Counted from the stretch's first letter, positions 18,721 to 28,793 are shown. The stretch is DNA of 64,000 nt from Candidatus Moraniibacteriota bacterium (GCA_030679895.1 JAUXSN010000047.1:65328-129327); one strand, 5' to 3'. Numbers and translations are program-made. The notes: generated by a model from the letters alone, not told the origin.

Positions 18721-18791
18721 TCGGGCTGCTGGGAATCGAACCCAGTCGACACGCTCCCAAAGCGTGCGTACTACCGGTATACGACAGCCCG
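18721..18791 (-). tRNA. tRNA-Pro(TGG)
   Basis: Acceptor CGGGCTG/CAGCCCG with A73. Anticodon stem cacgc/gcgtg with loop TTTGGGA. T-loop GGGTTCGATTCCC. Confidence 0.85.
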
Positions 18792-18897
18792 ATAACATAA
18801 ATTTAAATTCTCCGCGGCTACCAAATACCCCTTGCGATACAAAAGCAAAGGGCATTCGGCATATCGAAAAATATTTTGAATATTCTTTTTTCTGCGG

Positions 18898-19233
18898 TTA
18901 CATTGCTTCTGCCGCTGCTGCTTCCGGCTCGGCGCTTTTTTTCACCTGGCTTCTCACCGCTTCTTTCAATCGTTTTCCGGCGGTGAATTTGGGAGTGTTG
19001 ACCGCCCCGATTGTTATCCTCTCCTTGGTCTGGGGATTAATCCCTTCCCGGGAGGCCCGATGAGTGACTTTGAAGGTCCCGAAGCCGGCGATTGTCACTT
19101 TTCGATCCTCGTGAAGAGCATCCATAATGACATCCACAATCGTATCCACGGTTATTTCGATTTCTTTTTTGGTTTGGCCGGTTTTCCCGGCGACCATTTC
19201 CACTAGAGCTTCTTTGTTTATGTCTGTTGCCAT
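18898..19233 (-). CDS. hup: HU-family nucleoid DNA-binding protein with an Ala/Glu-rich C-terminal tail
   Basis: IAGFGTFKVTHRASREGINPQTKERITIGAVNTPKFTAGKRLKEAV is the HU/IHF fold signature. Confidence 0.85.
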   Translation of the reverse strand: MATDINKEALVEMVAGKTGQTKKEIEITVDTIVDVIMDALHEDRKVTIAGFGTFKVTHRASREGINPQTKERITIGAVNTPKFTAGKRLKEAVRSQVKKSAEPEAAAAEAM

Positions 19234-19365
19234 ATTTCACCTCACCTTCTAGATTTACTCTTTGTTTAAAGCCTAAAAGTATTGTAGTATTTTTTTGAAT
19301 TTTAGACAACGCGCGACAAAATTGTTATGTGTTTGCGGGCGGGCATGCTATCTGCTATGCGATAA

Positions 19366-20898
19366 TTATCTAGCTATTTCGACCGCCCTTGTTTCGCGAA
19401 GAACATTCACTTTGATCTCGCCCGGGTATTTGAGCTCCTGTTCAATCTTGTCGGCAATGGTCCTGGCCAGTTTCAGCGCCCCCAAATCATCAATTTGATC
19501 GGGTTTCACGAAAACCCGAATTTCACGTCCGGCTTGGATCGCGTAGGATTTTTCCACTTCCGGAAAAGAAGTGGCGACATTTTCAAGGTCAGTGAGCCTT
19601 TTGATATAGTCTTCCAACGTGTCTTTTCGCGCTCCCGGACGGGAAGCCGACAAAGCGTCAGCCGCCGCGACAATCATGGATTCATTGCTTTCGAAAGGAT
19701 AGTCTTCGTGATGGGATTTCATGGCGTCAATCACCGCTTTTTCTATCCCGAACTTTTTGAGAATGGTTATTCCGATTTCAATATGCGTCCCCTGGACTTC
19801 GTGATCAATCGCTTTCCCGATGTCATGCAAAAGTCCCGCTTTTTTTGCCAAACTCGCGTCCAACCCGAGTTCAGCCGCGAGAGCTCCGGAAAGATGAGCC
19901 ACTTCCAAAGAATGCAGGAGAACATTCTGTCCGTAGCTGGTTCGAAAACGCAGCCGACCGAGAAGCTGGATCAACTTCGGATCAAGTCCGGCTATTCCGA
20001 CGTCATAAGCCGCCGCTTCTCCGGCTTCCTTGATCTTGTTGTTCACTTCGGTTTTGGCAAAATTGACGGCTTCTTCGATGCGAGTCGGATGAATGCGTCC
20101 GTCCTCTATCAGCCTTTGAAGGGCTAATCTCGCGATTTCCCGGCGAACCGGATTAAATCCGGAAATAACAATGGCTTCCGGGGTATCATCAACAATGACT
20201 TCTATTCCCGTGAGTCTTTCAAGAGTTTTGATATTTCTTCCTTCGCGTCCGATGATCCTTCCTTTCAGCTCGTCCGAAGGAATAGCCACAGTGGAAGTCG
20301 TCGTCTCTGCCGCATGGCTTCCCGCATAACGCTGAAGGGCAATCGTCATGATGTTGCGCGCTTTCTTTTCAAGCTCTTCCCTTCCTTCCTGTTCCATTTT
20401 TTTCATTTGTCTCGCGACCAGATCTTTATTTTGCTCTTCCGCCAGCTGCAACAGAATTTTTTTGGCTTCTTCTTTCGAGAGTCCCGCAATTTTTTCAAGT
20501 CTTTTTAACTGCTCCTGCCTGGCATCTTCCGTTTCTTTTTTGATTTTTCTGATTTCTTCCGCCTTTTTAATAAGAAGATCTTTTCCGCGATCCAGTTCGT
20601 TCAGTTTTTTGTCCAAAGTTTCCTCCCGCGTCTCAAGTCTTTTTTCAAGCCGGAAGATCTGATCCTGCCGCTTTTTCTCCTCTTTTTTGGCTTCTTCAAG
20701 AACTTCGACCGCTTTATTTTTTGAATCCAACAAAATCGCCTGGGCTTGCGCTTCAGCGTCCGTTGTCATCTTATTTATTTTTCCCTCCGCGGTTCCTAAC
20801 TGTTTCTTAGCAATCGATTGGCGGGCGAGATACCCCAGAAACGAACCGGCTACTAAACTTAAAACTCCAATAGCAAGAAGACCGAAACTTAATTCCAT
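19366..20898 (-). CDS. rny: ribonuclease Y
   Basis: N-terminal TM helix, coiled-coil, KH domain (GRIIGREGRNIKTLERLTGIEVIVDD) and HD domain (HSLEVAHLSGALAAELG...LLHDIGKA). Confidence 0.9.
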   Translation of the reverse strand: MELSFGLLAIGVLSLVAGSFLGYLARQSIAKKQLGTAEGKINKMTTDAEAQAQAILLDSKNKAVEVLEEAKKEEKKRQDQIFRLEKRLETREETLDKKLNELDRGKDLLIKKAEEIRKIKKETEDARQEQLKRLEKIAGLSKEEAKKILLQLAEEQNKDLVARQMKKMEQEGREELEKKARNIMTIALQRYAGSHAAETTTSTVAIPSDELKGRIIGREGRNIKTLERLTGIEVIVDDTPEAIVISGFNPVRREIARLALQRLIEDGRIHPTRIEEAVNFAKTEVNNKIKEAGEAAAYDVGIAGLDPKLIQLLGRLRFRTSYGQNVLLHSLEVAHLSGALAAELGLDASLAKKAGLLHDIGKAIDHEVQGTHIEIGITILKKFGIEKAVIDAMKSHHEDYPFESNESMIVAAADALSASRPGARKDTLEDYIKRLTDLENVATSFPEVEKSYAIQAGREIRVFVKPDQIDDLGALKLARTIADKIEQELKYPGEIKVNVLRETRAVEIAR

Positions 20899-21099
20899 GT
20901 TTTTGATAGCTATTCAGTTGATAACACCTGTCCAGCATTTGAATTAATTTATAGTTCTTAATTCGCTTCTACTTCGACAATAATTTTAACCATTTTAATG
21001 TTATCAAGCGATGCTGTAAATTAACAATCACCGAAGATTATATTAAAACATCCTTCGTTTTTTGTCAAAATCGAATCGGATGTGCTAAAATTTAGCGGT

Positions 21100-22671
21100 A
21101 TGGCAAAACCAACTTTTCTAATCGTTCTCGATGGATGGGGCATCAATCCGTCCTTTGAGGGAAACGCTATCGCACAAGCGAATACTCCCACAATAGACAA
21201 GCTGCAACGCTTCTATCCGCAGGCGCTTCTGCAGGCTTCCGGAATTTCCGTCGGTCTTCCCTGGGGGGAAGTGGGAAATTCGGAAGTCGGACATCTCACT
21301 TTGGGAGCCGGCCGGGTGATTTACCAGAGTTTGCCCCGCATCACTCTTTCCATTCAGAACGGAAGCTTCTTTAAGAATGACGCGCTTAACGCCGCGATTG
21401 AAAATGTTCAAAAGAACAAGAGCGCTCTTCATCTGATGGGACTGGCATCAAATGGCGGTGTTCACAGCTCGCTTAACCATCTTTACGCTCTTTTGGAGCT
21501 GACAAAAAACCATAAGTTGGAAAAGGTATTTCTTCATCTTTTCCTGGACGGACGAGATGCCCCTCCCCAATCCGGAATTAAGATAATTGATGACATAGAA
21601 ATGCGCTTGAAAGATTATGCGAATGGCCGAATAGCCTCTCTTTGCGGAAGATATTACGCCATGGATCGGAATGATAACTGGGACCGTCTTGAAAAAGCTT
21701 ATAATCTTCTTACGCAAGGCGCGGGAGTCAGAGAAAAAAATGCCAAAGAGGCGATTCAAAAATCATATAGGAATAATATAACTGATGAGTTTTTTGAGCC
21801 AACACTAATCGAAGATGAAAAAGGAGAAATAAACTTCATTGAGGAAAAAGATTCCCTTATTTTCTTCAACTTTCGGGAAGATCGGGCCCGCCAGCTGACC
21901 AAAGCCTTTACCCTTCCAACCTTCACCAAATTCAAGCGCCAAAAATACCTGTCTGATTTGGATTTCACCTGTATGATTCAATATGAAGATAATCTTCCCG
22001 TAAGAGTCGCTTTCCCTCCGGAAAAAGTGGGAAATTGTCTTGGTAAAATCATCAGCCAGCAGGGATTGCGCCAGCTTCGAATCGCCGAAACGGAGAAATA
22101 CGCTCATGTCACCTACTTTTTTAACGGCGGAGAGGAAGATCCTTTTCCAAATGAGGATAGGATATTGATACCCTCGCAATCTGTTTCAACCTATGACAAA
22201 GCCCCTGAAATGAGCGCTTTTCCTATCACAGAAAAAGTGATCAGGGAGCTGGGAACCGGACAATATTCTTTTATTCTGATGAATTATGCTAATCCGGATA
22301 TGGTCGGACACACCGGAAATCTCAAGGCCACTATTTCCGCCATTGAAGTTGTGGATCGGTGCCTGGGAAAATTGATACCCGAAGTTCTTAAACTGGGCGG
22401 AACTCTTTTTATTACCGCTGATCACGGAAATGCCGAAGAAGTGACTAATCCCCGCACTGAAGAAGTCGATACCGAACACTCAACTTTTCCTGTTCCTTTC
22501 ATTCGCATTACTCCAAGCAATCAACGCCAAAAAGGAGAATCCAGAATAACAGCAGAAAGGACTAACGTGCGGGGCATCCTAAGCGATGTTGCCCCGACAA
22601 TCTTGAGCTCCATGCAAATAAAAATCCCGCCGGAAATGACGGGGCAAGATCTTCTGGACATTCTAGCTTAA
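21100..22671 (+). CDS. gpmI: 2,3-bisphosphoglycerate-independent phosphoglycerate mutase
   Basis: iPGM motifs (LIVLDGWG, SEVGHLTLGAGR, ITADHGNAE). Start chosen at MAKPTF, downstream of a putative promoter (TTGTCA..TAAAAT, 21062-21091). Confidence 0.85.
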   Translation: MAKPTFLIVLDGWGINPSFEGNAIAQANTPTIDKLQRFYPQALLQASGISVGLPWGEVGNSEVGHLTLGAGRVIYQSLPRITLSIQNGSFFKNDALNAAIENVQKNKSALHLMGLASNGGVHSSLNHLYALLELTKNHKLEKVFLHLFLDGRDAPPQSGIKIIDDIEMRLKDYANGRIASLCGRYYAMDRNDNWDRLEKAYNLLTQGAGVREKNAKEAIQKSYRNNITDEFFEPTLIEDEKGEINFIEEKDSLIFFNFREDRARQLTKAFTLPTFTKFKRQKYLSDLDFTCMIQYEDNLPVRVAFPPEKVGNCLGKIISQQGLRQLRIAETEKYAHVTYFFNGGEEDPFPNEDRILIPSQSVSTYDKAPEMSAFPITEKVIRELGTGQYSFILMNYANPDMVGHTGNLKATISAIEVVDRCLGKLIPEVLKLGGTLFITADHGNAEEVTNPRTEEVDTEHSTFPVPFIRITPSNQRQKGESRITAERTNVRGILSDVAPTILSSMQIKIPPEMTGQDLLDILA

Positions 22672-22677
22672 ATAATT

Positions 22678-23403
22678 TTAGAGGTATCTTATAATAAGAT
22701 CAAATTCTTCCTTTCTTTCCGGATGACAGGCTAGCTCGGTTTTTCCTTCCGGAAGATTCTTCGTGAATTCATCGATGTCTCCGACCCAATCAAGACTTAC
22801 GAAATAATCCGAGGAAGAAATTTTTGAGCGAAAGAATTTTTTCCTACTTAGTCTACGCATATTTTTCAAAATCAAGTTTACGCTATTCAATCCTCCCAAA
22901 AAATCTTTCTTTCCGAAACGAATAAAGGGAATGCTATGTTTTTTCGCTAGCTCAAGCGCGACTTTAAAATAGGCAGGGAAAAAATGGGTGTGTTCGTGTG
23001 AACTTATCCCGTCCGGTGTCCGGCCGAAAATTTTTTCGAATTTTTCAATCTGTCCTTTCCATTCTCGGCTAACCATTTGCGTTCCGCTTCTGGGATTTTC
23101 CGGTACCGGCCAGTCACCCCAAAGATAGTTTACTAAAAAAACAATTGCCTGCCTCAAAGTGTTGTCTATGAGCAAATTTCTTCGCCTCTTTTGCCAAATC
23201 AACTCGAAATGAATATCCAGCTTCACGCCCGTAGCGAGAAGTTCTTCAGCCTCTTTTTCGCTGATATCGCCCTCGACCATCACCGATACCCGATCAAGCT
23301 TTCCCAGCCTGACCAGTCCTAAAATATTCTTATTGGCCAGCTCGCTTTTGCCGAAATCATCAGCGGATATGATCAACTTTTCCCTTTCTTTTTTTTCCAG
23401 CAT
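22678..23403 (-). CDS. ChbG/YdjC-family carbohydrate deacetylase
   Basis: N-terminal ISADDFG and conserved His residues of the YdjC family. Confidence 0.7.
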   Translation of the reverse strand: MLEKKEREKLIISADDFGKSELANKNILGLVRLGKLDRVSVMVEGDISEKEAEELLATGVKLDIHFELIWQKRRRNLLIDNTLRQAIVFLVNYLWGDWPVPENPRSGTQMVSREWKGQIEKFEKIFGRTPDGISSHEHTHFFPAYFKVALELAKKHSIPFIRFGKKDFLGGLNSVNLILKNMRRLSRKKFFRSKISSSDYFVSLDWVGDIDEFTKNLPEGKTELACHPERKEEFDLIIRYL

Positions 23404-23449
23404 AGCTTATCTTGTTTCCTTAATACTTCCAGGTTATTTTCTTTTCAGG

Positions 23450-23533
23450 TGCCAGCGGTGGGGGTCGAACCCACATGGAGCAAGCTCCACGACATTTTAA
23501 GTGTCGCACGTATGCCGATTCCGTCACGCTGGC
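23450..23533 (-). tRNA. tRNA-Leu(TAA)
   Basis: Acceptor GCCAGCG/CGCTGGC with A73. Anticodon stem cgaca/tgtcg with loop CTTAAAA. Long variable arm. T-loop GGGTTCGACCCCC. Confidence 0.8.
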
Positions 23534-24006
23534 ATTTTTTTCTTCCTATTTCTTCCTCGATGAGTCGGTTGTAAACTATGACAGTTGGGGCAAAGCACCC
23601 GAAGATTCTCCAGCCGATTGTCACTACTTTCCCCGTTTATGTGATCTAATTCCAGTGGTAACCTTCCATCTTTTGATCTTTTATTCCAACCGCACATCTC
23701 ACACTGTTGCGATTTTATTTTTTCGGCAAACAATCTTTTCTTCAATTTAAAACTTTGGAAATCGCTATTTCTCACCAAAATATCTTCCAGCTTTATAAGC
23801 GGCTTGCCGATACCTCGCAAGCCTTTGTTCCAACCTTGTCCGGTAAAATGTTTTGTGTCGACTTTATAAAACTTCAGATATTTCTTTAACTGGGCATAAT
23901 TTCCTCCAGCCATTTTCAAATTCAACTCCCTCAAGACCTGTCTAAAGCTCTTTGATACTTTAACGGCTTGTCTTAATTGTTGTTCCGTCCAGCTTCTTTT
24001 TCTCAT
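23524..24006 (-). CDS. HNH endonuclease
   Basis: CEMCGWN...LELDHINGESSDNRLENLRVLCPNCH is an HNH motif with zinc-binding cysteines. Flanked by tRNA-Leu and tRNA-Cys. Confidence 0.75.
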   Translation of the reverse strand: MRKRSWTEQQLRQAVKVSKSFRQVLRELNLKMAGGNYAQLKKYLKFYKVDTKHFTGQGWNKGLRGIGKPLIKLEDILVRNSDFQSFKLKKRLFAEKIKSQQCEMCGWNKRSKDGRLPLELDHINGESSDNRLENLRVLCPNCHSLQPTHRGRNRKKKMPA

Positions 24007-24077
24007 ACGGCATACTAATTAGTATATACTATGTTATTAGTATACCATATAAAATTATCTCGGGCAATTCAATATTG

Positions 24078-24148
24078 AGGTCCGGAGCGGAGTTGAACCG
24101 CTTTACAGGGTTTTGCAGACCCTTGCCTAACCGTTCGGCCACCGGACC
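24078..24148 (-). tRNA. tRNA-Cys(GCA)
   Basis: Acceptor GGTCCGG/CCGGACC with U73. Anticodon stem agggt/accct with loop CTGCAAA. T-loop GGTTCAACTCC. Confidence 0.8.
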
Positions 24149-24226
24149 ATATTGAGCCAACTGATAAAAAATTACCACCATTTAGGGTGACGGTCAACGA
24201 TATGAATTCCGAATTAATAATTTAAA

Positions 24227-24871
24227 TCAAAACAACGCTTCTTGTTTATTTTCTTCACTAAATCTATCGGCATCCATTTGAACTTCTTTTTTTATATTTT
24301 TCTCCTTTTCGATCGCTTTCAAAACTTTCGGGATTTTTTTGAAGTCTGTCTTGAGCGTTTCCCGAAGACTTCCTTGATAAAGCGCGGCGGCAGGATGATA
24401 AAGGGCATAGAATACTTGTTTTCCGATCCCGGTAATTTCGCGCCGAAGCGCCATCCCGTGCATTTGGGAAATTTTTTGGTTCGGCAAAAATCGCTCCATC
24501 GCGTGCCGGCCCAAAGTGACGATCAGTTTCGGCTTGATGGTCTTTATCTGCTCGAGGAGCCATGGCCAGCAAGCCTCCGCTTCCTCGGGCAATGGATCGC
24601 GATTTCCCGGCGGTCGGCATTTGACGATGTTTGCAATAAAAACATCTTCCCGCTTCATTTCAATCAGCCCAATCATTTCATCCAAAAATTTTCCCGCCGC
24701 TCCGACAAAGGGACGCCCGAGCTTATCTTCTTTTTCTCCCGGACCTTCGCCAATAAACATGATTTCCGCTTTTTCATTTCCTTCGCCCGGCACGACATTG
24801 AGACAAGTATCGCGAAGATGGCATTTTCGGCAAGCTTTCATTTCTTCCTCAAGTTTTTTGTATCGAGACAT
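24227..24871 (-). CDS. family 4 uracil-DNA glycosylase (Fe-S)
   Basis: CRKCHLRDTC cysteine cluster. GEGPGEKEDKLGRPFVGAAG matches the UDG family 4 motif. Confidence 0.8.
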   Translation of the reverse strand: MSRYKKLEEEMKACRKCHLRDTCLNVVPGEGNEKAEIMFIGEGPGEKEDKLGRPFVGAAGKFLDEMIGLIEMKREDVFIANIVKCRPPGNRDPLPEEAEACWPWLLEQIKTIKPKLIVTLGRHAMERFLPNQKISQMHGMALRREITGIGKQVFYALYHPAAALYQGSLRETLKTDFKKIPKVLKAIEKEKNIKKEVQMDADRFSEENKQEALF

Positions 24872-24891
24872 CTAAAATTATATAACTTATT

Positions 24892-25902
24892 TTATTCTAT
24901 TTTCCATCCATCTCCGTCTTTTGCTAATTTTCCTTTTATCTCAAAACCGCTGGATAATCGATGTCCGCCGCCGCGCAAAAGCCGGGCAATTTCCGAAACA
25001 TCAACATTTTTATACTCTTCGCTGCGTAGGCTGCCCTTGACCCGGCCTTTTCCTCTTTCTGACAAAACCAAAGAAAACTTCGTTCCGGAAACGGTGTTGA
25101 GAATTTCCGCCACTCCGGATATGTCTTCAGCGTCGCCATGAAGTTCTTCCAAATCCTGTTTGGTTACATAAGACATAATCGCTCCCGTCTTTGGATTGAT
25201 TTCAGCCCTTTCCATCGCCCTTCCCCACAGCTTCAGGGTTTCAAGCCTTTTGTTTTTGAAAACAAGACGGATGATTTTTGAAATAGAGGCTCCTTTCCTC
25301 ATCAGTTTGGCTGCTATCTCCATTACTTTGGGGGTAGTATTGGCGTGTTGAAAAATTCCCGTATCCCCCAATATCCCAAGCAAGAGAAATTCTGCCATTT
25401 TTCGGTTCAGCTCGATTCGATAAAAATCAAAAAAATCATAAAGTATCTCACAGACTGAAGAGTATTTTTCGTCGCTTACTGTTATGTCCGGTTTTATCTT
25501 TTTCATCCTCAAAGTCGTGTGGTGGTCGAGAAGAATTATCTTCTGATTTTCATTTTTTGAAGATACAATTTTTTCAAAGCCCCTTTCAACCGCGTCACAT
25601 CCGATGATCAGGTCGAAACTGGAAAGTCTCAACTCTTCCGGGCCAGTCACATTTTCACCCGCCAAAAAATCCTTGAGATGCTGGGGAAGAGCGTTCGAGC
25701 AGGTTACTTTCACTTCTTTTCCTAGGAAGCTGGATATATATTCTTTCAGAGCAAACACCGATCCTATCGTATCCCCGTCCGGCGCCGAGTGAGCCACGAG
25801 CAAAACCCTCTGGCTTTTTTCCAGTTCGTTTTTTATTTCGGTAAATTCTTTGGCAAAAGGATAATTCATATGCAATGTGTCATTGTGAGTGAAGCGAAAC
25901 AA
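24892..25902 (-). CDS. DHH/DHHA1 phosphoesterase (NrnA-like oligoribonuclease / pAp phosphatase)
   Basis: VAHSAPDGDTIGS, DHHTT and a GGGH-type DHHA1 motif (GGGHRLSSGF). Confidence 0.75.
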   Translation of the reverse strand: MFRFTHNDTLHMNYPFAKEFTEIKNELEKSQRVLLVAHSAPDGDTIGSVFALKEYISSFLGKEVKVTCSNALPQHLKDFLAGENVTGPEELRLSSFDLIIGCDAVERGFEKIVSSKNENQKIILLDHHTTLRMKKIKPDITVSDEKYSSVCEILYDFFDFYRIELNRKMAEFLLLGILGDTGIFQHANTTPKVMEIAAKLMRKGASISKIIRLVFKNKRLETLKLWGRAMERAEINPKTGAIMSYVTKQDLEELHGDAEDISGVAEILNTVSGTKFSLVLSERGKGRVKGSLRSEEYKNVDVSEIARLLRGGGHRLSSGFEIKGKLAKDGDGWKIE

Positions 25903-25963
25903 TTCCGTCTTTCTGCATTGCTTGGGCTTGCTTCGGTCGCTCTGCTCCCTCGCAATGACATAT

Positions 25964-26305
25964 TTATTTGATTTCTTTCAATATTTTCTCTATCTTGTCT
26001 GCTTCGGCTTCCGTCTTGTCAGGGACAAATTCGATCCTGGGAAGCGGTCTCATATTGAGTTGTTTATTCAATTTTCCCTGGATAAAATATATTTTCTTGC
26101 CGAGTGCCCGGAGAGTTTCACCGAATTTTTTTTCCGGGAAAACACTGGCAAACACTCTAGCATAGCGCAGATCTCTGGAAGTGTCAACCTTCGAAATCGT
26201 TACAAAAACGCCGAGGGGAATATCGACCTCCTCGGCAATTATTTTGGCTAAAGTCTCTTTTATCAGTTCGTTGACACGGTCAACGCGTGAAAAAGTCATA
26301 AGCAA
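25964..26305 (-). CDS. rbfA: ribosome-binding factor A
   Basis: RbfA KH-like signature (RVNELIKETLAKII...RYARVF). Located downstream of infB. Confidence 0.85.
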   Translation of the reverse strand: MLMTFSRVDRVNELIKETLAKIIAEEVDIPLGVFVTISKVDTSRDLRYARVFASVFPEKKFGETLRALGKKIYFIQGKLNKQLNMRPLPRIEFVPDKTEAEADKIEKILKEIK

Positions 26306-26324
26306 TAAGATTAATGGTCCTCAA

Positions 26325-28106
26325 TTACAAAATTTTCTTGACTACTTCCTCATGGAAACAAACAAGCACGTCTCCCTCTTTTATCTTTGTTTCCCCCAAA
26401 AAAGTGATTCCGCATTCAACACCTTCTTTCACTTCATCAACATTCACTTTGTTTTGTTGAAGATTGATAAGCTTCCCCCGCCCTAAAGATTTTTCCTCCC
26501 GCAAAACTTCAATATTTTCTTTGTTGGCCATCTTGCCGGAAGTTACTTTGCCGCCCACGATCATGTCCTTTTTGCCTGTCATGAAGACCGCCAGCACTTT
26601 GAGCTTCCCTAGGTCCGTGCGAACAATTTCTTCCCCCAGCATATCACTTAAGCGTTTCTTGATCTCATCAACCAGCTCATATATTACCCGATAAGTTTTT
26701 ATCTCCACATTATTCATCTGAGCCAGCCTCTTGGCAACGGTGGTCGGTTGCGAATTGAAGCCGAAAACAACAGCTTTGGAGTTTTGCCCGAGCTTTACGT
26801 CGGATTCGGTGATATCTCCCACTCCCTGTTTGATATAATCAAGGCCGACTTCATCCGATTTTATAGTTCCCAGAATTTGTTCAATAGCTTCAAGGGAACC
26901 CTGCACGTCCGTCTTGAGGATTATGTTCAATTTTTTTATGTTCTCGTTCTCAATGGTTTTCATCATTTGCCGGGAATCAAATTTTTTCGTCTCGCCAAAT
27001 CCCCCCGCTTGCATTTCTTTTTGTGCGACTTTCGCCGCCTTGAGATCCGTCACGCCCTGTAGGACATCGTTTACATTTGGCGCGCTGTTGAGTCCGATTA
27101 CCGTTACCGGTGTGGAAGGGCCGGCTTCTTTCAGTTGTCTTCCCTTGAAGTCTTCAAGTCTTCTTACTCTTCCGACTATTGATCCTGCGGCAACGTCTTG
27201 CCCCTCTTTCAGCGTTCCTGTTCTCACAAGAACCGTGGCAATATTCCCTTTTTTCGGATCAAGACGCGATTCGATCACCACTCCGAGCGGCGGCCTTTTG
27301 TTATCCGCCCGCAAATCTTCAACTTCCGCGACTAGAAGAATCATATCAAGCAGTTCATCAATCCCGATATTCTGCTTGGCTGAAATTTCCGCTGAGACAA
27401 CATTGCCTCCCCACTCTTCGATCATGATTTCCCGATCGGCCAGCTCCTGTTTCACCCTTTGCGGATTGGCGTTGGGTTTGTCAATTTTGTTGATGGCCAC
27501 GACCATCGGAATTTTCTTTTCTTTGAGATATTGGATCACCTCTTCCGTCTGCGGACGCACCCCGTCATCAGCCGCGACGACCAAGATGGCAATATCGGCA
27601 AGGCTGACTCCGCGTTCACGCATCGACGAAAAAGCTTCATGTCCCGGCGTATCCACAAAAGTGATAATTTCGCCTTTTTTCTTCACCTGATATGCGCTGA
27701 TGTGCTGGGTGATGCCTCCCGCTTCTTTTTCAACTACTGAAGTTTTGCGGATAGCATCAAGGAGAGTTGTTTTTCCATGATCAACGTGACCAAGAATGGT
27801 CACGACCGGCGGGCGATGTTGAAGATTTTTTCCTGATCCCTTCTCTTTTTTTAATATTTCATCAAGATTTTCAAGGGTCATCGCTCCCGAATCGCTTGTC
27901 TCAATATCTTTTTCCGTTTCAATCCCGAGATCCGAAGCAATCACAGCGGCGGTTTCAAAATCAATCTCATCGTTTATCGTCGCCAAGATTTTATTTTTCA
28001 TCAGTTCTTTGATGACCTCCACAATCGGCAAACCCAAAAGCTCCGCAAAGCGCTTCACGGTTACAAGTGAGGGTATTTTTATTTTTTCCTTCACAATTTC
28101 TTCCAT
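26325..28106 (-). CDS. infB: translation initiation factor IF-2 (short form)
   Basis: GTPase G1-G4 motifs (GHVDHGKTTLLD, DTPGH, NKID) and C-terminal beta-barrels. Confidence 0.9.
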   Translation of the reverse strand: MEEIVKEKIKIPSLVTVKRFAELLGLPIVEVIKELMKNKILATINDEIDFETAAVIASDLGIETEKDIETSDSGAMTLENLDEILKKEKGSGKNLQHRPPVVTILGHVDHGKTTLLDAIRKTSVVEKEAGGITQHISAYQVKKKGEIITFVDTPGHEAFSSMRERGVSLADIAILVVAADDGVRPQTEEVIQYLKEKKIPMVVAINKIDKPNANPQRVKQELADREIMIEEWGGNVVSAEISAKQNIGIDELLDMILLVAEVEDLRADNKRPPLGVVIESRLDPKKGNIATVLVRTGTLKEGQDVAAGSIVGRVRRLEDFKGRQLKEAGPSTPVTVIGLNSAPNVNDVLQGVTDLKAAKVAQKEMQAGGFGETKKFDSRQMMKTIENENIKKLNIILKTDVQGSLEAIEQILGTIKSDEVGLDYIKQGVGDITESDVKLGQNSKAVVFGFNSQPTTVAKRLAQMNNVEIKTYRVIYELVDEIKKRLSDMLGEEIVRTDLGKLKVLAVFMTGKKDMIVGGKVTSGKMANKENIEVLREEKSLGRGKLINLQQNKVNVDEVKEGVECGITFLGETKIKEGDVLVCFHEEVVKKIL

Positions 28107-28127
28107 TATAAATAGTAGATACTTAAT

Positions 28128-28652
28128 TTATGCATTTTTTCCTATTCCTTCCGCTCCTACTTCGGCCTTCTTGATCGCCTCGACTTCTTCATCCGTCAAT
28201 GGATACTTCATTGCTTTTCCTTTTGATACAGGCTTGGCATAAACCCGGTTCCCCTCGCGGGAATGAAGACTGGAGAATACCACTCCCGAGCTCTCACCAT
28301 CGAGGAGAGCAATTGAAAAACTTTGATTTCCGCCCAGATCCTTGAAAGGATTGAATCTCACCACACCGACTTTGTGTACCGACCGGCTGGCCAAATTGTG
28401 AATCTTATTGGATATTCCATAAAGATCCTGAATATCCCGATCAAGTTCTTTGATTCCTTTCACGTGACCCAAAATAATTTTTTCGAGATCCTCCGCGCCT
28501 TTTCCGGAAAAAAGCTGTTGCTGATTTTTGTTGATCCGGCTGATGCTGAAATGCAGGAATATATTCCAAACAAGGAGAAGAACCGCGACAATAACCGCGC
28601 CGATCACGCTGATCCCCAAATTGTTTTGGATGATCGAAGTTAAGCCATTCAT
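28128..28652 (-). CDS. DUF4446-family membrane-anchored protein
   Basis: N-terminal TM segment. VRFNPFKDLGGNQSFSIALLDGESSGVVFSSLHSREGNRVYAKP matches DUF4446. Confidence 0.6.
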   Translation of the reverse strand: MNGLTSIIQNNLGISVIGAVIVAVLLLVWNIFLHFSISRINKNQQQLFSGKGAEDLEKIILGHVKGIKELDRDIQDLYGISNKIHNLASRSVHKVGVVRFNPFKDLGGNQSFSIALLDGESSGVVFSSLHSREGNRVYAKPVSKGKAMKYPLTDEEVEAIKKAEVGAEGIGKNA

Positions 28653-28793
28653 AAAAGAAAAATAAGGATTTTTTATCCTTATCTTAAATTAGCACCGTTT
28701 TTCCTATATGTAAACCTTTACCGCGCTTTCAGCGGTTCGAGATCAGATCGGAATAAAATTTCACTTTTCCACCTGTGGAATCAATATCCGAAA

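Noticed and set aside
18449-18760. 103-aa minus-strand ORF
   Set aside because: It lies entirely over tRNA-Gly(TCC) and tRNA-Pro(TGG). It is an artefact of tRNA sequence.
23475-23750. 91-aa plus-strand ORF
   Set aside because: It overlaps tRNA-Leu(TAA) and runs antisense to the HNH endonuclease gene.
26914-27690. 258-aa plus-strand ORF
   Set aside because: It is antisense to infB. It is a Ser-rich, low-complexity shadow ORF.
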